Shown piece by piece: positions 36,029 through 45,661 of a stretch of DNA of 52,227 nucleotides; position 1 is the first letter of the stretch, and each line of letters opens with the position of its first letter. Below the pieces are notes generated by a model that was not told the DNA's origin, ran no database searches, and saw nothing but the letters and a program-made list of their open reading frames with translations. A program made the position numbers and the translations under genes. Source of the stretch: Pseudomonadota bacterium (GTDB taxonomy: Bacteria; Pseudomonadota; Alphaproteobacteria; RF32; CAG-239); contig CAKJXZ020000036.1 in assembly GCA_918234285.1 (NCBI GenBank), positions 1 to 52,227 on the forward strand, read 5' to 3'.

Positions 36029-37757
36029 AATCAACAATATTTTGGCCGATATATTCAAGCGGCTTGATTTGGATGAAAAGTTTGCGTTTGTGAAAGTTTC
36101 GGACCGTCCGGATTTGAGCGATTTTCAGTGCAACGGTGCGTTGGCTTTGGCAAAAATCGCGCATAAAAATCCGCGTGAGATTGGCACTATGATTGCCGAT
36201 GAGATGCAAAAATGCGACTTTTGCGAATCGATTTCGGTGGATGGACCGGGATTTATCAATCTTAAACTTAAAAATGAAGTTATTGCGCAAAATGCCGATA
36301 ATATGGCGGAAGATGAACGTTTGGGTTGCGGTACGGTTGAGAATCCGCACAAAGTGGTGCTCGATTACGGCGGACCGAATGTGGCCAAAACCATGCATGT
36401 CGGGCATCTGCGCTCGGGTGTTATCGGCGAATCGGTTTCGCGTATCGAACGCTTTGTCGGCAACGATGTGACGAGCGATGTACATTTGGGCGATTGGGGT
36501 ACGCCGATGGGGATGATTTTATCCGAGATTATCTTGCAAGACGGGAACCTGGATAAGGTTTCAAGCTACGATATCGCGCAAATTACCGAATTTTATAAAA
36601 ATGCCAATATTCGTTGCAAAGAAGATGAGGCGGCACGCGAAAAAGCCCGGATTATTACGGCAAAACTGCAGGGAGGTGATGCCGATTATCGCAGAGCGTG
36701 GAAGTATTTGCGAGATGAATCGGTAAGGGCAGTCAAAGCCAATTACGAGCAACTTGATGTTAACTTTGATTTATGGTGGGGCGAAAGCGATGCCCATGAA
36801 ACTTGTCGCGAAATTGTGGAAATTGCCCGTGCCAAAGGTATTTCCGAGATTGATAACGGAGCGGAAATCATCAGATTGGAAGAAAGCAACAAGCCGAAAC
36901 CTCCGGTGATTATGGTTAAAAGCGACGGCGGATTCGGCTATCAGCTGACCGATATTGCCACCATCAAAATGCGGGTGGATGATTTACATGCCACGGAAAT
37001 TGTATATTTTACCGATAATCGCCAGTCGTTGCATTTTGAGCAGATTTTTGAGGCAACCGACAAACTCGGGATTGCGCCGAATGTTAAATTGCAACACATT
37101 ATGTTCGGCACGGTTAATGGTGCTGACGGCAAACCGTTTAAAACCCGGGACGGCGGTGTGATGGATTTGGAGACGTTGATTGAAATGTCTAAGGAAAAAG
37201 TGCGTCAATCGTTGCCGCAGCCGAATGAAGTTGCGGGTTACGGTGAGGCGGAAATCGAAAAGTTGACCCAACAAATCGCCATCGCTGCCATAAAGTTTCA
37301 GGATTTGAAAAATACCATTGCTTCCGGCTATGTGTTTGAGCTGGATGATTTTGCCAAGTTTGAGGGCAAGACCGGCCCGTATATTCAATACGCAATTGCG
37401 CGGATTAACTCGGTTTTGCGCAAGGCGGATGCTGCCGGGTTGAAATGCGGCCCGATTGTTTTGGAAGCGCCGGAGGAGCGTGCGCTTGCGCTGAAATTGG
37501 CACAGGTACATAATGTGGTTATGCGCGCACACACTGACAAAGAACCGAGCATAATCGCCGAATATACTCATGGTTTGGCACAGGTGTTCAGTACGTTTTA
37601 CAATGCTTGCCCGATGATGGGCGCAAGCACTCCGCAGTTGGCGGAATCGCGTTTGAAACTGGCTAAACTGACACGCGATATTTTGAAGCTGATGCTTTAT
37701 CTTTTGGGTATTGAAGCACCGGAAGTAATGCTGAAAGCGGAAAATAAAGGAGAATAA
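36006..37757 (+). CDS. argS: Arginine--tRNA ligase
   Basis: DFQCNGA, GPGFIN, PNVAK.MHVGHLRS (HIGH motif), HLGDWG, KPFKTRDG, GPYIQY. Confidence 0.97.
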   Translation: MNLLLENKINNILADIFKRLDLDEKFAFVKVSDRPDLSDFQCNGALALAKIAHKNPREIGTMIADEMQKCDFCESISVDGPGFINLKLKNEVIAQNADNMAEDERLGCGTVENPHKVVLDYGGPNVAKTMHVGHLRSGVIGESVSRIERFVGNDVTSDVHLGDWGTPMGMILSEIILQDGNLDKVSSYDIAQITEFYKNANIRCKEDEAAREKARIITAKLQGGDADYRRAWKYLRDESVRAVKANYEQLDVNFDLWWGESDAHETCREIVEIARAKGISEIDNGAEIIRLEESNKPKPPVIMVKSDGGFGYQLTDIATIKMRVDDLHATEIVYFTDNRQSLHFEQIFEATDKLGIAPNVKLQHIMFGTVNGADGKPFKTRDGGVMDLETLIEMSKEKVRQSLPQPNEVAGYGEAEIEKLTQQIAIAAIKFQDLKNTIASGYVFELDDFAKFEGKTGPYIQYAIARINSVLRKADAAGLKCGPIVLEAPEERALALKLAQVHNVVMRAHTDKEPSIIAEYTHGLAQVFSTFYNACPMMGASTPQLAESRLKLAKLTRDILKLMLYLLGIEAPEVMLKAENKGE

Positions 37758-37758
37758 T

Positions 37759-39240
37759 ATGGTTACAAAGAAAAAAACAACCGCCGGCAAGGCTGAACCT
37801 GCTAAAAAAGCGGTAATCGAAAAGAAAGCTCCGGCTAAAACGGTGGTGGTGGCAAAGAAAGCTCCGGCAAAAACGGCGGAAATAACTCCGCAAAAGCCGG
37901 TAATAAAGCCGATTGCCACAGAGAAGCCGGTTGCGGTTGCAACCCCGAAAGTTGTGGCGCAGGCGCCGCGCAATGAAAACTACTGGTTTATGATTTTGCT
38001 GTATTTTGCTTCGTTTTTGGTGGGGCTCGGCATTATAGCCATGATTGCCGCCAATTGGCAACAGATTCCGAACGATGTTAAAATGCTCGGAGCTTTGACG
38101 GCGATGACGGCGAATGCCGGTTTGTTGATTTGGACGATTAAGGCCGGTAAAAACGTGTTGAAACAGGTGGTGGCTTGTGTGTATGCCTTTTTAATTATGG
38201 CTGTTATCGGGCTCATCGGGCAGATTTTTCATTTGCCGACCGATGTGGAAAACGGTTTGCTACTGTGGAGTTTAATCAGTTGGCCGTTGCTGTTTGCGGC
38301 GCCGCGTTTGCTCTGGCTGTGGATTCCTCTGTTTTATTGCGGCATACATTGTTTTGATTTGAAAACGCTGTGGGAATATGTTTTCGGCGGATATTTCAGC
38401 TCGTTGTTGCATCGTCCGGCCATCAATGTGGCACCATTGGGAATATGGCTTGATTTCGGGCGCAATCTGTGCATTTTGGCACTGTTTACGGCTTATGAAA
38501 TGTTTATGCTTAAGGGTAATTCATCAGACAAAACGATACGTCGTCCGCTGTTCTTTTACAGCGGTTTGATAATGTATTTTATGTACGGCCGTGTGATTAA
38601 AGCCGTTTACACCATTATATTGATACCGACATTGCCGACAATGGTTAAGGCCGGTTTGTTCTGTGCTTATGTGTTGTCTTGTGTTGCCCTCGGTATAATT
38701 TTGTTTGAATTGAATCGTCGCCACGGTCGCAGGGGATTTATGCCGTTATTCCTGGTCGGCATGTTGGCGGAGTGTCTGTGGGTGTTTGCCATGGTTGCAG
38801 GCAATATAAATTTGCCGACGTTGCAAGCGGACGGAATGTTTAATCATTATCCGACCGAGATGGTTTGCCCGCTGGTATTTTTGCTGATTACAACCGCTTA
38901 TACTTCTTATCATCGGGTTGATTTCCGCGACCGTCTGGCTTGTTACATCGGTTTGTTGGTGTGGTTCGGCGTAACCTTCAGCGAAAATATTTTTGATTTG
39001 ATTCCGTCGTTGGTTCTGTGCACCATGGTTGCGTGGTTGGCTTATAAGGAGAACAGCCGCAAATGGTTCAATATTGCGGTGATGGCGGCGGTTATCCGCA
39101 TTTTGGCTTATTATGCCGATGTCAGTGATTTGCAACATGCCGGATTTTATTTAATCGGTTCCGGATTGTTTATTATCGCGGTGATTTTGTTGCTGATGAA
39201 GTACGGTCGTTTGTTATGGGAGAACAGAAATGCAAAATAA
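37759..39240 (+). CDS. DUF2157-like multi-pass membrane protein with K/A/P-rich N-terminus
   Basis: GLGIIAMIAANWQ.IP...K, I.LIGQIFH and many TM helices. Confidence 0.75.
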   Translation: MVTKKKTTAGKAEPAKKAVIEKKAPAKTVVVAKKAPAKTAEITPQKPVIKPIATEKPVAVATPKVVAQAPRNENYWFMILLYFASFLVGLGIIAMIAANWQQIPNDVKMLGALTAMTANAGLLIWTIKAGKNVLKQVVACVYAFLIMAVIGLIGQIFHLPTDVENGLLLWSLISWPLLFAAPRLLWLWIPLFYCGIHCFDLKTLWEYVFGGYFSSLLHRPAINVAPLGIWLDFGRNLCILALFTAYEMFMLKGNSSDKTIRRPLFFYSGLIMYFMYGRVIKAVYTIILIPTLPTMVKAGLFCAYVLSCVALGIILFELNRRHGRRGFMPLFLVGMLAECLWVFAMVAGNINLPTLQADGMFNHYPTEMVCPLVFLLITTAYTSYHRVDFRDRLACYIGLLVWFGVTFSENIFDLIPSLVLCTMVAWLAYKENSRKWFNIAVMAAVIRILAYYADVSDLQHAGFYLIGSGLFIIAVILLLMKYGRLLWENRNAK

Positions 39241-39637
39241 ATATATATTCATGCTCTTTTTTCTGCCGGTTTTGGTACTCGGCATCATAATGGGATATTA
39301 TATTCGTGCTACTCGGTATAATTGGGTGGAAGTTGTGGTTTCCGGTTATGATCCGAAGGACTTTTTCTCCGGCTATTATATGGAATTGCGGCCGAATTGG
39401 CAGGCAACCGATTGTACGCAGTTTAGCAATGCCGAATGTCCGGTAAAAGCTTTTCGCGAGCGCTATAAATTTTATATCCGTCGTGAGCAATCGGCCAAAT
39501 TGACGCAGGCCGTCAACGCCGGTATCGTGAAGCTGATTTTTGCATATACCGACGGCCATACACCGTATATTGTGGATTTGGTGGCGGACGGCAAATCGTA
39601 TATCGATTATCTGTCAAACGAAAGTCCCACCAATTAA
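39230..39637 (+). CDS. GDYXXLXY-like membrane-anchored protein
   Basis: TM followed by GYDPKDFFSGYYMEL; usual neighbour of DUF2157 genes. Confidence 0.7.
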   Translation: MQNKYIFMLFFLPVLVLGIIMGYYIRATRYNWVEVVVSGYDPKDFFSGYYMELRPNWQATDCTQFSNAECPVKAFRERYKFYIRREQSAKLTQAVNAGIVKLIFAYTDGHTPYIVDLVADGKSYIDYLSNESPTN

Positions 39638-39640
39638 ATT

Positions 39641-39676
39641 AAAAAAGAACACTCGCTTATTCGGCGGGTGTTTTTT
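39641..39676 (+). terminator. Rho-independent terminator
   Basis: AACACTCGC...GCGGGTGTT followed by a T run. Confidence 0.7.
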
Positions 39677-39785
39677 ATTGCGGTTTATTCCTTAAATGAA
39701 AAACTTGACAAATTTTTCATAAGTGCTAAAATCAAAGGTATCAGAGAGTTATTAGTTTATTATTTTTTACCAAAACATTACGAAT

Positions 39786-40037
39786 ATGAAAAAGTTTGTT
39801 TTTTTCTTCGTGTTTGTGTGTGTGATGGCATTGTTCAGCGGTTGTGTCGCGCCGCGTGCCGTTGTGGTTGATACATATCCGAGCCCGTCGGTGGTGGTGT
39901 ATTCTGACGGTTATTACCGCCCGTATTACTACCGCCCGTACTATGGTCGTCCGTATTACAGCAGACCGTATCATCGTCCGACGCCGCCGCCACCGCCGCC
40001 GCGCCATCACTCAAAACCTCATCATCACCATCGTTGA
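39786..40037 (+). CDS. Small Tyr/Arg/Pro/His-rich lipoprotein
   Basis: Lipobox FSGC, YYRP repeats, poly-Pro and a His tail. Confidence 0.7.
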   Translation: MKKFVFFFVFVCVMALFSGCVAPRAVVVDTYPSPSVVVYSDGYYRPYYYRPYYGRPYYSRPYHRPTPPPPPPRHHSKPHHHHR

Positions 40038-40203
40038 CGGTGATATCAATTCAAAAAGTGCCCTGCAAGAGAAATCTGCGGCGGCACTTTTTTGTTAGGC
40101 GGCTCGATAAAAATGTGCGGTGGATATGTATTTTTTGCTTGACAACGGTGGCAGAGTATTTTATATACGCAAGCAATGAATGCAAATTGCTGTGTTCATT
40201 GCT

Positions 40204-40271
40204 GTCCAAGACCGTGGGTGAGGCAGGGGATTTTATGAATGAACCTGTTTCTTAATATCCGACGCAGACGG
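40204..40271 (+). promoter_or_regulatory. Ribosomal protein L10 leader (autoregulatory RNA)
   Basis: GTCCAAGACCGTGGGT...TTAATATCCGACGCAGACGG upstream of rplJ; TTGACA promoter at 40139. Confidence 0.75.
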
Positions 40272-40397
40272 AGTGAACTTGAAGAAATTTATCTTTATCT
40301 CCTAAAGGACAGAAATGGGTTCCGCATTGTACCGTTCGGTATGATGTGGGTTTTGGTAACGTTCCGCAAAGGAACATAATTCGTATGGAGACAATAA

Positions 40398-40880
40398 GTG
40401 AACCGCGAAGAAAAAGCAGAATTGCTGGCTGAATTAAACGGTATCTTTAAAGAATCCGAATCCGTAGTGGTGGCCGAATACATCGGTTTGACCGTGGCGG
40501 AAGCGGAAGCTTTGCGTAAAGAAATCCGTGAGGCCGGTGCTTCATTGAGAGTTACTAAAAACCGTATTGCCCGTTTGGCTTTGAAAGACACAAAATTTGA
40601 AGGTTTGGCTGACCTTTTCAAAGGTCCGGTGGCCATGGCTTATGCCAATGACCCGATTGCCGCTTGCAAAGCTTGTGTTAAGTTTGCAAAAGAAAACGAA
40701 AAGTTGGTTATCGTCGGCGGTGCTTTATCCGATAAGATATTGACCTTGAACGAAATCAAAGAATTGGCCTCGATTCCGTCGATGGACGAATTGCGTGCCA
40801 AACTCGTCGGCTTGTTGCAGGCTCCTGCTTCGAAAGTTGCAAGAGTATTCAAGGCTTACAGCGAGAAAGAAGCCGCCTAA
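40398..40880 (+). CDS. rplJ: 50S ribosomal protein L10
   Basis: MNREEK, EY.GLTVAE..LR, VTKNR.ARLA, IPS.DELRAKL.GLLQAP. Confidence 0.97.
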   Translation: MNREEKAELLAELNGIFKESESVVVAEYIGLTVAEAEALRKEIREAGASLRVTKNRIARLALKDTKFEGLADLFKGPVAMAYANDPIAACKACVKFAKENEKLVIVGGALSDKILTLNEIKELASIPSMDELRAKLVGLLQAPASKVARVFKAYSEKEAA

Positions 40881-40884
40881 TTTC

Positions 40885-40990
40885 TTTTGCGGTTTTATGC
40901 TGTTCTTACTTGTTTGTTTTTCGCTTATGTACTGTTTTGTACACCGCGCTCAAAACAAACTGCGTAATCTTCAGCCTAAAACCACAAAAA
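40885..40990. repeat. Long imperfect hairpin, REP-like, between rplJ and rplL
   Basis: Nested inverted repeats. Apex GCTTATGTAC..GTACACCGCGC is shared with 21973-22000. Confidence 0.75.
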
Positions 40991-41068
40991 ATGAGTGGGT
41001 TCTTTACTGGGTAAAAAACTAGTTTTTAGTAATAAATTTGTAGAATTAACTTTATTTGGAGAAAAAAG

Positions 41069-41443
41069 ATGGCAGATTTAGCCAAAATCGTAGATGAATT
41101 GTCAGCCTTGACCGTTATGGAAGCTGCTGAATTGTCAAAAATGTTAGAAGAAAAGTGGGGCGTTTCCGCTGCTGCCGCCGTTGCCGTTGCCGGTGCCGGT
41201 GCTGGTGCGGGTGCTGCTGCTGCCGAAGAAAAGACCGAATTCGATGTTGTTTTGGTTGAAGCAGGCGCTAACAAGATTAACGTTATTAAAGAAGTTCGTG
41301 CAATTACCGGCTTGGGCTTGAAAGAAGCTAAAGACCTGGTTGAGGGTGCACCGAAGACCGTTAAAGAGAGTGTTGCCAAGGCTGATGCCGACGCTATGAA
41401 AGCGAAGTTGGAAGAAGCCGGCGCTAAGGTTGAATTGAAGTAA
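41069..41443 (+). CDS. rplL: 50S ribosomal protein L7/L12
   Basis: LTVMEAAEL...[30 protein letters not shown]. Confidence 0.98.
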   Translation: MADLAKIVDELSALTVMEAAELSKMLEEKWGVSAAAAVAVAGAGAGAGAAAAEEKTEFDVVLVEAGANKINVIKEVRAITGLGLKEAKDLVEGAPKTVKESVAKADADAMKAKLEEAGAKVELK

Positions 41444-41467
41444 TTTAACTTTACACACTTGTTCTAT

Positions 41468-41501
41468 AAAATATCCCTGTTGCAAGACGGGGATATTTTT
41501 T
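41468..41501 (+). terminator. Rho-independent terminator
   Basis: AAAATATCCCTGT-tgcaa-GACGGGGATATTTT followed by a T run. Confidence 0.8.
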
Positions 41502-41518
41502 GTTGATTTCTAAAAAAT

Positions 41519-42002
41519 AAAAAAAGACACCTTTGCAGGTGTCTTTTTTTTAGTGGCGGAGCGTATAGGACTACGCTTTTTTATAAAAAAGCTCTTGCTC
41601 TAGAAAATCAAATTTCGCCGCGGTTGCAGACGCTGCCCTTGCTCAATAAGATTTTCAAGCGCTTGCAGATCAAAACAACATTTAGAGGTTGTTTTGACTT
41701 AGCGTGCCTCTCGGTTCGAGCCCTATACGCACAAAAAAAAGACACCCTTGCAGGTGTCTTTTTTTAGTGGCGGAGCGTATAGGACTGCGCTTTTTTATAA
41801 AAAGCTCTTTCGGTTAAAGTTTTTTTGACGTTCGCTGCGGTTGCTTTGCTGCCCTTGCTTACGTTAAAACTTTACCGCTTGCGGTAAAAATAACCGGAGC
41901 AACGGTTATTTTTATCCTCGCGCCTCTCGGTTCGAGCCCTATACGCACAAAAAAAAGACACCCTTGCAGGTGTCTTTTTTTAGTGGCGGAGCGTATAGGA
42001 CT
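41519..42002 (-). repeat. Tandem ~215-bp tRNA-Ser 3'-end/terminator repeats with structured inserts
   Basis: Three copies of terminator + 19-bp tRNA 3' end (41554-41572, 41768-41786, 41984-42002). Inverted T-arm copies at 41713-41730 and 41929-41946. Confidence 0.9.
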
Positions 42003-42072
42003 CGAACCTATGCAGCCTTTTAAGGGGCTGACGGATTAGCAATCCGCTGTATTACCACTCTACCAACGCTCC
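41984..42072 (-). tRNA. tRNA-Ser(GCT)
   Basis: GGAGCGT acceptor stem, anticodon loop TTGCTAA, long variable arm, GGTTCGAGTCC and encoded CCA. Confidence 0.95.
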
Positions 42073-42193
42073 ATTGATTTATCACATAATCTATTTGCAT
42101 TTGCACACTCTTTTAACTTAACTTTTATGTCAGGTCAAGCATTTTTTATTAAATATATTCTTTTTTTTGTGAAAAGCGGTCGATAATCGCAAC

Positions 42194-43000
42194 TTATTTA
42201 GTTTTGTGCTTTTCTAACCACTCAAAAATAATCGGCAAATTTTTCTCTTTGAAAAATATATTATGGTGGTCCGTGTGATCCAACAGCACCAGTTCCTTGT
42301 CGTCGGCGGCCGCCGCATCATACATCGTCTGTCCGTGATGCACCGGAATCAGTAAATCGTTTTGCCCGTGAATGATAAGCAGTGCACCGTGATATTGCCG
42401 CAGATAATCCTTTGAAGGGTAGGTATCACGCATCAGCAAACTACCGAGCGGCACCGATTTTTCCGCCACCAACCCGCGCATGGAAGCAAAAGGAGAGGTC
42501 AAAATAAGTTTTTCCACCGGTCGCAAAGTGGTCAGGCCGGAGGCAATCGCCGTACCGTAAGAATAGCCATATACAATGATTTGCGGATATCCCTGCGCCT
42601 TTAACCAATCATATGCTGTCGCCGCGTCGGCAAAAATATCTTCTTGCAGAGTTGTGCCTTTGGTGTTGCCGAAGTTGCGGTATTCCATCGCCAAAACACC
42701 GTAATTCTGCCGCACAAACGGCATTAATTGCAGCGCAAATCCCGAAATTTGAAACGCGTTGCCGTGGAAAAACAAAATTGCCGGTTTGTTCTTATCGCCG
42801 GCGGCATACCAAGTCATAATCGTTGTGCCGTCGGTCGCTTTTATGCGCTCTTCCGTAAATTCCGGCAAGTCAGCTTCTTGCGGCGATATGTAATTGTGCG
42901 ACGGCCAAAACAGCAGATAGCGCTGCATTGACCAGAGAAACAATATATAAAGACCGAATATTGCGGCCAATCCCAAGAAAATTTTTGCGTATGACTTCAT
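42194..43000 (-). CDS. Alpha/beta hydrolase (ABHD12/BEM46-like)
   Basis: N-terminal TM, FFHGNA, GYSYG, IIHG..D..IP..HG, C-terminal His. Confidence 0.88.
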   Translation of the reverse strand: MKSYAKIFLGLAAIFGLYILFLWSMQRYLLFWPSHNYISPQEADLPEFTEERIKATDGTTIMTWYAAGDKNKPAILFFHGNAFQISGFALQLMPFVRQNYGVLAMEYRNFGNTKGTTLQEDIFADAATAYDWLKAQGYPQIIVYGYSYGTAIASGLTTLRPVEKLILTSPFASMRGLVAEKSVPLGSLLMRDTYPSKDYLRQYHGALLIIHGQNDLLIPVHHGQTMYDAAAADDKELVLLDHTDHHNIFFKEKNLPIIFEWLEKHKTK

Positions 43001-43058
43001 TTATTTTCCCATATTAAAAAAGAGGAGCCGTCGCAGCTCCCCTTTTTTACGGCATAAA

Positions 43059-43493
43059 TTATTTTACCTGAGATGTACAATGCGGACATCTGGTTGCTTC
43101 AATAGCAATTTCGGAGCAGCAATACGGGCACTTCTTGGTGGTCGGGGCTGCTTCGGCTTCTTCCTTAATCATTTTAGCTTGCAGGGTATTAATGGCCTTA
43201 ATCAGGATAAATACGGCAAAAGCTACGATAATGAAGCTGATTACGGTGTTCAAAAACGCACCGTATTTAATGGCAACTTCTTCGGCTTCTGCTGACTTTT
43301 GTACCAAAATCAATTTCAAATCGGAAAAGTCAACATTGCCCAAAACCCACCCTATCGGCGGCATAATTACGTCTTCAACCAAAGAGCTGACGATTTTGCC
43401 GAAAGCGGCACCGATGATGATACCGACGGCCATATCCATAACATTGCCGCGCATGGCGAATGTTTTAAATTCATTCAAAAAGTTTTTAATCAT
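43059..43493 (-). CDS. mscL: Large-conductance mechanosensitive channel
   Basis: EFK.FAMRGNV.DMAVGIIIG.AF; C-terminal CPYC..CPHC zinc ribbon. Confidence 0.96.
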   Translation of the reverse strand: MIKNFLNEFKTFAMRGNVMDMAVGIIIGAAFGKIVSSLVEDVIMPPIGWVLGNVDFSDLKLILVQKSAEAEEVAIKYGAFLNTVISFIIVAFAVFILIKAINTLQAKMIKEEAEAAPTTKKCPYCCSEIAIEATRCPHCTSQVK

Positions 43494-43505
43494 TTTTGTT
43501 CCTTT

Positions 43506-44765
43506 CTATCGATAAATTGGAAAATCGCGGCAAAGCGCCACAATTTTTTGTTTGGTTTGAGCAATCACCTCATCGGCATTACCCGACTGAGCCAATGCGT
43601 CAATCACATCGCCGATGCAGTTGCCGATTAACTCAAATTCTTTTTCTTTAAATCCGCGAGTGGTGCCGGCCGGAGTTCCCAATCTCACTCCGGAGGTTAC
43701 TTTCGGAGGTTGCGGATCAAACGGAATGGCATTTTTGTTGCAGGTAATATTGGCGCGTTCCAAGGCGGTGGTTACCACATCTCCGGTCAGACCTTTCGGG
43801 CGCAAATCTACGAGTACCAGATGAGTGTCGGTGCCGCCGGAAACCAGCGCCAGACCGCGCTTGAGCAATGTTTCGCCGAGCATTTTAGCATTTTTAATCA
43901 CCTGTGCGGCATATTCTTTAAATTGCGGTGTCAAATCTTCCTTAAAGCATACGGCCTTGCCGGCAATCACGTGTTCGAGCGGACCGCCCTGTGTACCCGG
44001 AAATACCGCTGAGTTGACCTTTTTATAGATTTCTTCGTTGTCGGTCAAAATCATACCGCCGCGCGGACCGCGCAAAGTTTTGTGGGTGGTAGTGGTAACC
44101 ACGTCGGCCCATTTGAGCGGATTCGGATGTACTCCGCCGGCAACAAGTCCGGCAAAATGCGCCATATCCACCATCAGGTATGCTCCGACTTTATCGGCAA
44201 TGGCACGAAAACGGGCAAAATCAATCTGCCGCGGGTAGGCCGAACCGCCGGCTACAATTACGCGCGGTTTATATTCAAGCGCTAATCGTTCCGCTTCGTC
44301 ATAATCTATCAGGCCGGAATCGCGGCATACGCCGTATTGTACCGCGTTGAACATTTTGCCGGAAAGCGAAACTTTGGAGCCATGGGTCAGGTGGCCGCCG
44401 GCATCGAGGCTCATTCCCATCAAGTTATCGCCCGGTTTCATCAAAGCAACATATACCGCCATATTGGCCTGTGAGCCGGAATGCGGTTGCACGTTTACAA
44501 ACTTGGCACCGAAAAGCTGTTTGGCACGTTCTTGCGCCAAAACTTCGATTTCATCAATGAACTCACAGCCGCAATAATAGCGGTGTGCCGGATAACCTTC
44601 GGCATATTTGTTGGTCAGAATCGAGCCTTGAGCTTCCATTACCGCTTTTGACACAATATTTTCCGAGGCAATCAGCTCAACCTGTTCTTGCTGACGTTGC
44701 AATTCTTTGGCGATAATTGCGGCAATATCCGCATCTTCGGTCGGTAAGTTTTGTTCAAAATCCAT
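43506..44765 (-). CDS. glyA: Serine hydroxymethyltransferase
   Basis: [42 protein letters not shown]. Confidence 0.98.
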   Translation of the reverse strand: MDFEQNLPTEDADIAAIIAKELQRQQEQVELIASENIVSKAVMEAQGSILTNKYAEGYPAHRYYCGCEFIDEIEVLAQERAKQLFGAKFVNVQPHSGSQANMAVYVALMKPGDNLMGMSLDAGGHLTHGSKVSLSGKMFNAVQYGVCRDSGLIDYDEAERLALEYKPRVIVAGGSAYPRQIDFARFRAIADKVGAYLMVDMAHFAGLVAGGVHPNPLKWADVVTTTTHKTLRGPRGGMILTDNEEIYKKVNSAVFPGTQGGPLEHVIAGKAVCFKEDLTPQFKEYAAQVIKNAKMLGETLLKRGLALVSGGTDTHLVLVDLRPKGLTGDVVTTALERANITCNKNAIPFDPQPPKVTSGVRLGTPAGTTRGFKEKEFELIGNCIGDVIDALAQSGNADEVIAQTKQKIVALCRDFPIYR

Positions 44766-44768
44766 GTT

Positions 44769-45197
44769 TTACTCCATAATATCCAGTTTATCCAAACGGC
44801 GTTGATGTCTTCCCCCTTCATACGACGTTTGCATAAAAGTATCAATACGATTTATCACATCATCAACAGCCATGGTGCGGCCGCCGAAAACCAAAATGTT
44901 GGCGTTATTATGGGCCTTAGCCATCCGTGCTGCTTCTGCGGAATAGAGTAAGGCGGCGCGGATGCCTTTGTAGCGGTTGGCGGCAATCGATATACCGATT
45001 CCGGTGCCGCAAATAAGAATCCCCAAGTCGGCTTGCTTTAACAAGATTGCCTGTGCAACTTTTTGCGCATAGTCGGGATAGTCAACCGAATCAGCCGAAT
45101 AGGTGCCCAAATCGATTAAATCAAGAGCAACATAATGTTGCTTTAAGGCTTCTTTGAGTTCAAATCCGCCGTGGTCGGCAGCAATGGCAATTTTCAT
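44769..45197 (-). CDS. rpiB: Ribose-5-phosphate isomerase B
   Basis: IAADHGG, SVDYPD, ICGTGIG.SIAAN, HNNAN, GGRH.RR. Confidence 0.96.
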   Translation of the reverse strand: MKIAIAADHGGFELKEALKQHYVALDLIDLGTYSADSVDYPDYAQKVAQAILLKQADLGILICGTGIGISIAANRYKGIRAALLYSAEAARMAKAHNNANILVFGGRTMAVDDVINRIDTFMQTSYEGGRHQRRLDKLDIME

Positions 45198-45378
45198 GAT
45201 TTTTCTCCATAAGTCTGAGTAACTATATAATACATAAGAAAAAATGAGTGATAAAAAACGCACTTTTACACAAGCAACCGAAAAAAATAAAATTTTATGA
45301 AAAAAAGTGTTGACGTTTGCAAAAAAATAGATATAAATGATTTTTGTTGAGTGAGTTTGGTACTCCGCGTAGCGAACT

Positions 45379-45453
45379 GGCCGGTTGGCAGAATGGCTCA
45401 TGCAGAGGATTGCAAATCCTTCTATATCGGTTCAATTCCGGTACCGGCCTCCA
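45379..45453 (+). tRNA. tRNA-Cys(GCA)
   Basis: GGCCGGT acceptor stem, anticodon loop TTGCAAA, GGTTCAATTCC and CCA. Confidence 0.95.
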
Positions 45454-45459
45454 CTTTAT

Positions 45460-45534
45460 TCCGACTTAGCTCAGCGGTAGAGCAATCGGCTGTTAACCGA
45501 TTGGTCGTTGGTTCGAATCCGACAGTCGGAGCCA
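45460..45534 (+). tRNA. tRNA-Asn(GTT)
   Basis: TCCGACT acceptor stem, AGCTCAGCGGTAGAGC, loop CTGTTAA, GGTTCGAATCC and CCA. Confidence 0.96.
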
Positions 45535-45661
45535 AAAATAGAACAAAGCCTTGTTTTTACGAGGCTTTTTCTTTTATGAAAATCGCAAAAATCAAAATTG
45601 CTAATAAAAGCTGCTAATAAATTCCCTTAAATATGCACCTTGAAAAAAAGGAACATATTTT

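Noticed and set aside
36984-37973. 329-aa minus-strand ORF
   Set aside because: Antisense shadow of argS and the DUF2157-like gene.
41554-41786. Additional tRNA genes
   Set aside because: Only the last 19 nt of tRNA-Ser are repeated; there is no D or anticodon arm.
41519-42002. CRISPR array
   Set aside because: The period is ~215 bp, the repeats are tRNA end plus terminator, the 'spacers' are related to each other, and there are no cas genes.
45351-45617. 88-aa ORF
   Set aside because: Overlaps tRNA-Cys and tRNA-Asn.
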